Assembly: GCA_963805625.1 (NCBI GenBank)
Contig: CAWDVE010000010.1
Span: forward strand, 1 to 64,000
Direction of reading: 5' to 3'
DNA length: 64,000 nucleotides
From: an uncultured Candidatus Rokubacteria bacterium
GTDB lineage: Bacteria > Methylomirabilota > Methylomirabilia > Rokubacteriales > DASRDR01
This document shows, piece after piece, positions 56,066-64,000 of the stretch (within the stretch, counting starts at the first letter, position 1; each line of letters starts with the position of its first letter). Both the position numbers and the translations under genes were made by a program. The notes under the pieces were generated by a model. The model was not told the DNA's origin, ran no database searches, and worked only from the letters and a program-made list of their open reading frames with translations.

Positions 56066-56334
56066 AACAGGACCGAAATGGCTTAAAAAAGGGAAAGATA
56101 CTATGGGAATTATCGAAAAAATCCGGAAAACCGGGAAATCGTAGTCAGGGTATCCTGTGCGTGATTTTTTCATCATAGGTGAAAAAAAGGAATTCTGAAT
56201 AACAGTTATTTTTTAATATGCACGCAATTCTGATGATCGGCCGATAAAAATCGCCCTAAAATAAAATCAATTATAAATTTACGCCTCATTTGTCAAACCG
56301 GGTGAAATTTACAGGTATTTGAATTAATATGATA

Positions 56335-56350
56335 TCAAAATTTATATAGA
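56335..56350 (+). promoter_or_regulatory. Probable BRE/TATA box of grpE-dnaK-dnaJ
   Basis: CAAAA-TTTATATA about 50 bp upstream of the grpE ATG. Confidence 0.55.
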
Positions 56351-56392
56351 ACCACAATACAATAGATAATGGAACATCAAACGGGATGTACT

Positions 56393-56932
56393 ATGGACGA
56401 CGCAGAAATCAGTACAGGACAGGAGAGAGCACCTGATCAGGGAGGAGAAAATTGCCTGACGGAATGTCCATCGTGTGCAGCCGAGCAGGAAAGACAGAAG
56501 ACCGCATATGCTGAATTGAATGACCAGTTCCTGCGTCTTGCAGCGGATTTTGAAAATTTCAAAAAACGCTCGGCACGCGATCGGGAGCTTTTTGTCTCTC
56601 TTGCAATTGAACGATTTGCTATTGACATTCTTGAAGTACTGGATAATTTTGAACGGGCAGTACAATCTGATGATGCCCATCTGCGCGAAGGAGTGAATCA
56701 GATCCAGCAGCTTCTTCATGATCGGTTATTGCGAAATGGCATCACGCCTGTGGACCCACTTAAAACACAATTTAATCCTGCGGAGCATGAAGCAGTCGCT
56801 CATATTGCATCTGACGAACCCGCGGGTTCGGTGATAGATGTGATAGCCCGTGGATACCGGATGAATGATAAGGTAATCAGATACGCAAAAGTAGCAGTCT
56901 CAAAAGGAAATCAGAAAGACCAGGAGGTATAA
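56393..56932 (+). CDS. grpE: Nucleotide exchange factor GrpE
   Basis: [30 protein letters not shown]...VIRYAKV.V. Confidence 0.96.
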   Translation: MDDAEISTGQERAPDQGGENCLTECPSCAAEQERQKTAYAELNDQFLRLAADFENFKKRSARDRELFVSLAIERFAIDILEVLDNFERAVQSDDAHLREGVNQIQQLLHDRLLRNGITPVDPLKTQFNPAEHEAVAHIASDEPAGSVIDVIARGYRMNDKVIRYAKVAVSKGNQKDQEV

Positions 56933-56934
56933 AA

Positions 56935-58782
56935 ATGGTAACAGAAAAGGTTCTGGGAATTGATTTGGGAACAACATTTTCCTGCATGTCGATCATGGAA
57001 GCAGGAAAGCCGATCGTGATCCCAAACGCAGAAGGAGGAAGGACAACCGCATCCATCGTTGCGTTCACCAAAGAAGGAGAGCGTCTGGTCGGGAGTCTTG
57101 CCAAACGCCAGGCCGTAACAAATCCCCAGCGGACCATCCAGTCGATCAAGCGAAAAATGGGGACAACAGAAAAAATAAAAATTGACGATAAGAGTTACTC
57201 ACCCCAGGAAATATCGGCAATGATCCTTCAGAAACTGAAGATCGATGCCGAAGCATATCTCGGTGAGAAAATTTCAAAAGCGGTCATTACGGTGCCAGCT
57301 TACTTTAATGATGCGCAACGTCAGGCGACCAAGGATGCCGGAAAGATTGCCGGCCTTGATGTCCTGCGGATTATCAATGAACCCACCGCAAGCGCACTGG
57401 CCTATGGTATTGACAAGGAGCAGGATGCAACCGTGCTTGTCTATGATCTCGGGGGCGGTACATTCGATGTTTCGATCCTGACTCTTGGTGATGGTGTCTT
57501 TGAAGTGAAATCAACTGCCGGCAACAATCACCTTGGCGGCGATGACTTTGATAAACGCATCACGGATTACCTTGTCGAGGAATTCCGGAAAAAGGAAGGT
57601 GTAGATCTTCGCAATGACCCGTATGCGATGCAGAGACTGCGTGATGCATCAGAAAATGCAAAGATTGAGCTCTCACAACGCCAGTCCACAAATATCAACC
57701 TCCCCTACATAACAACTGATTCAAACGGTCCGAAATTCCTCAACATCGACCTCACCCGTTCAAAACTTGAACAACTCATCGGGGACCTTGTTGAATCCAC
57801 CATTGGTCCGGTTAAGCAGGCGCTGAGCGATGCAAAGCTTGAGCCAAAAGATATTGACCATGTCCTTCTCGTTGGAGGCTCTATCCGTGTCCCACTCGTG
57901 CAGGAGACGGTCAAAAAGATCCTGGGCAAGGAACCCGACAAGGGTATTAATCCTGATGAGTGCGTTGCCCTCGGGGCAGGTATCCAGGGCGCAGTTCTGA
58001 CCGGTGAAACAAAAGATATCGTCCTCCTGGATGTGACTCCTCTTACCCTCGGTATTGAGACGCTGGGCGGTATTGCCACCAAATTAATTGAACGCAATAC
58101 CACAATTCCGACACGCAAAAGCCAGATATTCTCGACAGCAGCGGATGGCCAGACAAGTGTTGAAATCCATGTGGTACAGGGTGAACGGGCCCTCGCAAAG
58201 GATAACTTCACCCTCGGCAAGTTCCAGCTGACCGGGATCCCTCCTGCCCCCCGTGGCATACCCCAGATTGAAGTCACCTTTGATATTGATTCAAACGGGA
58301 TCATTCACGTCTCAGCAAAGGATCTTGGGTCCGGCAACCAGCAGGCGATCTCGATCAAGGGAGATAAGAAACTCACCGAAGAAGATATCAAAAAGATGAT
58401 GGATGCAGCCAAACAGTTCGAAGCTGAGGATAAGAAAAAGCGTGACGAGATTGAACTGCATAACCAGGCTGAAACTGCCATTTTCACGGCAGAAAAGATG
58501 CTGAAAGAAAGTGGTGATAAGCTTGAACCCGCAGATAAACAAAAAGTTGAGGAAGGTGTTGCTGAGGTAAAGAAGGCACTGACTGAAGACAACCCTGAGT
58601 CCATAAAAAAGACCATGGAAGAACTGACAGAATCGGTTTACTCTGCCACTACAAAACTCTACCAGAAAATGCAGGCAGATCAGGCCGCACAGCAGCAGGC
58701 AGGAACGGGTGCATCTCCCGGGCAGGATAAACAACCTGAAGATAATGTCGTCAATGCCGATTATAACGTAAAAGAAGAGTGA
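56935..58782 (+). CDS. dnaK: Chaperone DnaK
   Basis: [42 protein letters not shown]. Confidence 0.99.
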   Translation: MVTEKVLGIDLGTTFSCMSIMEAGKPIVIPNAEGGRTTASIVAFTKEGERLVGSLAKRQAVTNPQRTIQSIKRKMGTTEKIKIDDKSYSPQEISAMILQKLKIDAEAYLGEKISKAVITVPAYFNDAQRQATKDAGKIAGLDVLRIINEPTASALAYGIDKEQDATVLVYDLGGGTFDVSILTLGDGVFEVKSTAGNNHLGGDDFDKRITDYLVEEFRKKEGVDLRNDPYAMQRLRDASENAKIELSQRQSTNINLPYITTDSNGPKFLNIDLTRSKLEQLIGDLVESTIGPVKQALSDAKLEPKDIDHVLLVGGSIRVPLVQETVKKILGKEPDKGINPDECVALGAGIQGAVLTGETKDIVLLDVTPLTLGIETLGGIATKLIERNTTIPTRKSQIFSTAADGQTSVEIHVVQGERALAKDNFTLGKFQLTGIPPAPRGIPQIEVTFDIDSNGIIHVSAKDLGSGNQQAISIKGDKKLTEEDIKKMMDAAKQFEAEDKKKRDEIELHNQAETAIFTAEKMLKESGDKLEPADKQKVEEGVAEVKKALTEDNPESIKKTMEELTESVYSATTKLYQKMQADQAAQQQAGTGASPGQDKQPEDNVVNADYNVKEE

Positions 58783-58788
58783 GCACAG

Positions 58789-59919
58789 ATGGGTACGGGA
58801 GATTATTACGATGTCCTCGGCATACCCCGTAGTGCTGACGATAAAGAAATTAAGAAGGCATACCGGAACCTCGCACGGAAATTCCATCCCGATGTATGCA
58901 AGGATACGGGTGCTGAGGAGAAATTCAAGGAGATCAACGAAGCGTATAGCGTGCTTTCCGATGATCAGAAGAAAGCACAATACGACAATATGGGCCATGA
59001 AACCTATACCAGTGCTTCGAAGGGCTCGTATACCGGTGGAGGCGGGTTCGGGGGCGGAGGTTTCAGTGCGGACTTTTCCGGCTTTGGCGATATCTTTGAT
59101 TTCTTTGGCGGCGGTCAGCGACGTTCAGGTCCGCAGCCCGGCGCTGATCTGCTTATGCGCATCCAGATCAGGTTAGAAGATGCAGTATCCGGAGTGGACC
59201 GCGATATCGAAGTGATGCATACTGAACCCTGTTCCGCATGCGGTGGAACCGGAAGTGAAACAAAAAAACTGAATATATGTCCCCGTTGCGGGGGTAGCGG
59301 ACAGATGAGGCAGGCCGCTCATTCAGCGTTCGGCCAGTTTGTCCGTATGACGACCTGTACCCAGTGTAACGGGAAGGGAAAAATCGCGGAAAAAATCTGC
59401 AGGGAATGCCATGGGTCCGGTCATTCGCGGGTGAAAAGAAATGTTTCCGTCCATATACCTGCAGGAATCGATAATGGTATGCGCCTCCGCATGGAAGGGT
59501 ATGGCGAGGCAGGAGATTATGGTGCACCCAATGGCGACCTGTTCATCGAGGTCTATGTCCAGTCCCATGACCGGTTTACCCGGAACGGGGATAATCTCGA
59601 GACGATTATTGAAATCAGTCCTGCACAGGCAGTGCTTGGTACCTCCGTCGAGATCGAAACGATAGACAAGCGTCATATCGAGTTGAAAGTGCCCCCCGGT
59701 ATCCAGTTCAATACCGCCTTGAAAATCGCAGCCGAAGGTGTGAAGCGCCGTGGGAAGCCTGGCGATTTGCTGGTCAGGGTAAAAATTGTTACACCCAGGT
59801 CTCTTTCCAGTGAGCAGAAAGAACTTTACCAGAAACTTGCCGAGCTTGAAGGCAAAAGCAGCGGTGCGGGCGGTTTTTTCTCCGGTATAATGGGTGGCAA
59901 GAAGAAAAGTAAAAAGTAA
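58789..59919 (+). CDS. dnaJ: Chaperone DnaJ
   Basis: HPD J domain, G/F region, four CxxCxGxG motifs. Confidence 0.98.
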   Translation: MGTGDYYDVLGIPRSADDKEIKKAYRNLARKFHPDVCKDTGAEEKFKEINEAYSVLSDDQKKAQYDNMGHETYTSASKGSYTGGGGFGGGGFSADFSGFGDIFDFFGGGQRRSGPQPGADLLMRIQIRLEDAVSGVDRDIEVMHTEPCSACGGTGSETKKLNICPRCGGSGQMRQAAHSAFGQFVRMTTCTQCNGKGKIAEKICRECHGSGHSRVKRNVSVHIPAGIDNGMRLRMEGYGEAGDYGAPNGDLFIEVYVQSHDRFTRNGDNLETIIEISPAQAVLGTSVEIETIDKRHIELKVPPGIQFNTALKIAAEGVKRRGKPGDLLVRVKIVTPRSLSSEQKELYQKLAELEGKSSGAGGFFSGIMGGKKKSKK

Positions 59920-60186
59920 ACAAATCTATTTTTCAGTTATTTTTAAAGCTCATACTCATCTGGGTCAATCCAGGATATGCTTGCATTCGATAATTGAGAG
60001 AAATTTCATCCTGGACAGATTATTCATAATAAATTGCTGGAATCGGGCCTCTCTGGCAGCATGCCAGAACTTTTCCCGGACGGAAAAATGTTCATACACG
60101 ATGAACAGGCAGCGAATAGTGAAGATTTTTTCGCAGTAATATTTTCGTACACACCTATTTGAATGAAGGTGACAAATGAGATCAGG

Positions 60187-61155
60187 ATGAGGCTGCTCTT
60201 CGAGCTTTCCGGTGAAAATCCGACACTGCCCTTCGCCGAACTTGACTGCATAGGTAACGTTCTCGACAGACGTCTCCAGGTCGCGGTTGTAGAATCCCCG
60301 GATCCGAAATTGGCGACCCGGCTTGCCATGACACAGGTAGTGTCGGAATATCTTGGCGAGTGTGAACCCACTATCCCGGCCTTCGAAGAACTGCTCAAAG
60401 AGCTTGCCATTGAAACCCGGCAGTCCTTTGCAGGACGTGTCAAAAAGGTTCACGGGGGTTGCCTCGAAAGAAATCCCTGTTCACAGCGGGAGTTTGAGTG
60501 TCTGATTGGTACCAGGATCTCCGGTCCCGTTTCTCTTAAAAAGCCTCAGGTCGAATACCGTGCCGTACTTTCGGAGGATCGCTGCTATTTTGGAAAAGTG
60601 CTCTTTTCAATCGACCGCGGGTCCTTTGATACCCGGAATCCCGGGAAACGGGATTTTTTTCACCCGGGCGTAATGATGCCAAGAATGGCCCGCACCCTCA
60701 TCAATCTGACCTGTGTCAGGGCGGGGGACATCATGCTTGATCCTTTCTGTGGGACCGGCGGTATCCTGATTGAGGCAGAGATGATCGGTATCCGTTCCGT
60801 GGGCAGTGATTTTGATCCATTGATGGCAGCTGGCAGCCGGCAGAACATTACCAACTCAGATCTCCTGCTTGCAGATGCAACACGTCTTCCGTTTCTCAGT
60901 CAATCCTTCGATGCAGTGGTAACGGATTTCCCTTACGGCCAGTCTGTCTGCATCAAAAAAACCGACACCATGGACAACCTGTATGCTGATGCACTCGAAG
61001 AGATACGTCGCGTGATTAAGCATGGTCGGAGAGCTGTTGTAGTTACTCACCGGGATATCTCTGATATTGCAGGACAGCATATGACCATTCTCCAGCGTCA
61101 TGAGCAACGAGTCCATAAAAGTCTGACCCGTCGCATCCTTGTCCTCACCGAATAA
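60187..61155 (+). CDS. THUMP-domain tRNA (guanine-N2) methyltransferase (Trm11/TrmG10-like)
   Basis: FELSGE, FFHPG.M.P..AR, LDPFCGTGG, TDFPYG. Confidence 0.88.
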   Translation: MRLLFELSGENPTLPFAELDCIGNVLDRRLQVAVVESPDPKLATRLAMTQVVSEYLGECEPTIPAFEELLKELAIETRQSFAGRVKKVHGGCLERNPCSQREFECLIGTRISGPVSLKKPQVEYRAVLSEDRCYFGKVLFSIDRGSFDTRNPGKRDFFHPGVMMPRMARTLINLTCVRAGDIMLDPFCGTGGILIEAEMIGIRSVGSDFDPLMAAGSRQNITNSDLLLADATRLPFLSQSFDAVVTDFPYGQSVCIKKTDTMDNLYADALEEIRRVIKHGRRAVVVTHRDISDIAGQHMTILQRHEQRVHKSLTRRILVLTE

Positions 61156-61282
61156 TGTTCTGCCATCCTTCCCCATTTCGGATCTCCTCTGTCTGCCAGT
61201 CAATCGAACCTGCATAGTGGAATGGGTAGACGGGCATGTGTCTCTGAAAAACAATAAATATCCCCGGGATATACTACTGCAA

Positions 61283-61852
61283 ATGAGGGAGCTGAAGAAT
61301 AGTATACGGCAGATCCTGCGTCAGCGCAAAGATGCAATGACTACGGAAGAGAGGCTGAATAAAAGCGCAGGGATCTGCCGCCATCTTCTGGCACTGATCA
61401 GGAATGGCGAAACTGTAATGGTATACACCTCAAAGGAAAAAGAGGTACATACAACACACCTTATCGCTGCCCTCCTTGAACGCGGAAATCCGATTATCGT
61501 GCCTATAATTGTGAAAGAAGATGTCAGTCTGCGACTCTCTTATCTGAAAGATCTCTCTTCTCTTGTCCCGAGCACGTTTGGTGTCCCGGAACCTATAGGA
61601 AGTGAGATACCGGCGACAGGTGGTGACGTGGATACGATCATCCTCCCCATGCATGGTTTTGACCGGACCGGGCGGAGAATCGGGTATGGAGCCGGGTATT
61701 ATGACCGGTTCCTGGCAAAACATCCGAATTTACGAAAAATCGGGATCGCTTTCGCCTGCCAGGAATATGAAAATCTGCCCGTTGATGAGAATGATATCCC
61801 CATGGATTATATCATAACCGAAGAAGGTATTGTGTATCCGGAGGGGGAGTGA
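61283..61852 (+). CDS. 5-formyltetrahydrofolate cyclo-ligase
   Basis: FGVPEP, GFDRTGRRIGYGAGYYDRFL, DIPMDYIITE. Confidence 0.93.
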   Translation: MRELKNSIRQILRQRKDAMTTEERLNKSAGICRHLLALIRNGETVMVYTSKEKEVHTTHLIAALLERGNPIIVPIIVKEDVSLRLSYLKDLSSLVPSTFGVPEPIGSEIPATGGDVDTIILPMHGFDRTGRRIGYGAGYYDRFLAKHPNLRKIGIAFACQEYENLPVDENDIPMDYIITEEGIVYPEGE

Positions 61853-61856
61853 TACA

Positions 61857-62748
61857 ACGGAGATAAACGGTACAAAAATTCTGGATACCTATGCAGAGGC
61901 ATTCCCGGTCTGGCTTTCCCGGGTTATTATTACTGCAGCAACACGAGAATGGGCGTATAAGGCGGCAGTTGAAGCGACAGGATTTGCGACATCAAAAATC
62001 GGGTGTCCCTGTGAAGCCGGGATCGAAGGGTATCTCTCAAAAAAAGAGACTCCTGACGGCAGGGCAGGTGTTTCCATCCTGATCTGTTCAGATAAGAAGA
62101 CCATGAAATCAAATGTCGCATCCCGGATTTCCCAGTGTATCCTCCCGGCGCCTACAGCATCGGCCTATGACGGATTTCCTGAAGCCGGATCACGGTTCTA
62201 TATCCGTATGCACTATTTCGGGGACACCTATGAGGAGCGCTGCAGCATCAATGGCAGAAAATGCTGGAAGATCCCCATCATGGAGGGAAACTATATCGGT
62301 GAGGAACGATTTGGGACCGTAAAGGGAATAGCAGGGGGCAATTTTCTTGTCATGGGAAAGAACCAGAAGTCGGCACTTTCCGGTATTGAAGCAGCAGCTG
62401 ATGCTGTCGCGGGATTAAAGGGTGTCATAACCAGTTTTGCAGGAGGAATTGTTGCAAGTGGTTCGAAGACTGGGCAGTAAAAATTACCGTTTTCCCATGC
62501 CGGCGAGCACAAATCATGTATGGTGCCCGACCCTGAAAGGAAAAATCGGCGATTCGAATGTACCTGAAGGGGTAGGATCGGTATATGAGATGGTAATGAA
62601 CGGAATCAGTGAAAATCATATCAGGGCCGCAATGAAGGCGGGCATACTCGCTGCCACGGAAACAGGGAGGGTCATGTTTATCGGGGCATCAAATTTTGAG
62701 GGAAAACTTGGCCAGTACAGGTTTTACCTGCATGACCTGTTCAGGTAA
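61857..62748 (+). CDS. ftr: Formylmethanofuran--tetrahydromethanopterin formyltransferase homolog (frameshift near 62475; ACG at the start position)
   Basis: EINGTKILDTYAEAF, GFATS.IGCPCEAG, ETPDGR.G, GIAGGNF, GIVASGSK, ASTNH..CPTL, NFEGKLG. Confidence 0.85.
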
Positions 62749-62954
62749 CGGTCATATGGTTGTTACGGGACCTGGTTTTTCCAGGAATACTACGTATATG
62801 TACAAGGGGATGCTCTATTCATCGCCGGGGGCGGGATGTATCCTGAAAGGTTTATTATTTTTTGGTAATTATTCAATAAAAACCACCAATCGATAATTTC
62901 CCATGAGAACATGTCAGAAATAACTCTTATTTTTAAAAAATGAAGACGTTCTTG

Positions 62955-63410
62955 GGGGCGGAGGCATCACGTGCCATAGCCCGAAAAAAGAGCGTTAAGA
63001 AAAATATTTTGAAAATTTCCCATCAAAATAGAATTAAACAGATGTGAGTAATGGATTGTTTATTTCTCATAATTATTTGTGATGAACCCCGCCGCGGGGG
63101 CGTCCCTCCGGGGGCGACGGCGATTATCCTTATGCATAGAAGAGTTGCAAATCTCATAAGATGATAGCAGTTTAAAGTATATTTCGGCATGAACTCCTTA
63201 GTTTTCAACAAATTGGAAATACCTATCTCAAAGGAACCCTGCGCCCCCGAAGGGCGCCCCCGCGGCGGATAGGTCTCGTAAGTATATTTGCAACACCGCA
63301 CTCCCCGCCGTGCCTCGGAGAGGCCCTGAGGCGGGGCCTCAGAAAATTATAGGGTTTAATGATTTTCATGTTCAGTGTGAACTCACGTTCATGCCCGTTT
63401 CAACAGAGGC
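62955..63410 (+). repeat. Modular intergenic repeat, locus 9
   Basis: Inverted module B end GGGGGCGGAGGCATCACGTGCC, an inverted hairpin 1 near 63090, and module A ending GTTTCAACAGAG at 63397-63408. Confidence 0.88.
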
Positions 63411-63442
63411 AATGTAACGAAACCGATGAAAAAAGTTAATGA

Positions 63443-64000
63443 TCAGCCCGCTTTCTTATAACATATTTTTGCCTCTTCATGTTTACCTATGGTATCGAGT
63501 ACTCCCCCGATATCCTCCCAGACTTCTTTGCGCCCGGGATCGATTTCCAGCGCATGTTTAAAAGACGTGAGAGCTTCCTGATACTTTTCCTGTTCCTGTA
63601 ATGCACGTCCCCGGTAGATCCATGCATCTACAAAATCAGGCTGGATCGTTAACATCGTGTTGAACGATTCCACAGCCTCCATATACCGTCCGAGAGCAAT
63701 AAGTGCACTTCCTTTGGTGAAATAGGCGATGGAAAAGGAGGGGTCGGCAGTTATTGCATGTTCATATGATTCGATTGCAGCCTCGCTCTGGAATTGAGCG
63801 GCAAGTGCCATCCCATGACGTGTCCAGGCAACGGCATTCTCAGGATCAAGCTCAAGACATCGTTCATATGCGGAAAGAGCTTCCGGATATTTCCCAAGAT
63901 CGTAGAGCACATTCCCCTTCCCCATCCATGCCTCGGCAGAATTTTCATCCTGTTCCAGAGCTTTATCAAAGGTCTCCAGTGCATCTCTCGACATTCCAAG
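63443..64000 (-). CDS. TPR-repeat protein (C-terminal part; 5' end beyond the window)
   Basis: Consecutive 34-aa repeats (AW..KG..L..LG.Y.EAL..Y...L.LDP). Confidence 0.9.
   Translation of the reverse strand, partial: LGMSRDALETFDKALEQDENSAEAWMGKGNVLYDLGKYPEALSAYERCLELDPENAVAWTRHGMALAAQFQSEAAIESYEHAITADPSFSIAYFTKGSALIALGRYMEAVESFNTMLTIQPDFVDAWIYRGRALQEQEKYQEALTSFKHALEIDPGRKEVWEDIGGVLDTIGKHEEAKICYKKAG

Overview
Archaeal chromosomal DNA from a hydrogenotrophic methanogen, most likely Methanomicrobiales (Methanoregula-like). Support: an Ftr homolog, an FrhB-family gene, split archaeal glutamate synthase, archaeal CCA-adding enzyme, TATA-type promoters, and bacterial-type grpE-dnaK-dnaJ and purH. 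Gene content: a membrane PP2C / STAS / MBL-pseudokinase signalling module, metG, tRNA-Phe, prpE, alkA, a split branched-chain amino acid ABC transporter, a copper/iron cluster (copA, YHS, ferritin), a nitrogen-assimilation cluster (glnK, two amt, glnA, gltB1-B2-B3-frhB-like) with NrpR-type operators, cca-thpR, a glutaredoxin plus class III RNR, heat-shock genes and a trm-mthfs-ftr operon. About a dozen genes carry single-base frameshifts that look like long-read assembly errors. Most notable: (1) a modular, hairpin-rich intergenic repeat family with 13-14 bp terminal inverted repeats at 9 loci and no transposase in the window; (2) an NrdD lacking its C-terminal Zn/glycyl-radical domain; (3) a partner-switching module in a sigma-less archaeon whose kinase slot is held by a metallo-beta-lactamase-fold/degenerate HATPase fusion; (4) an Ftr homolog coupled to 5-formyl-THF cyclo-ligase; (5) an archaellin-like domain on a lipoprotein signal. 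All calls come from reading the sequence; no database searches were run.
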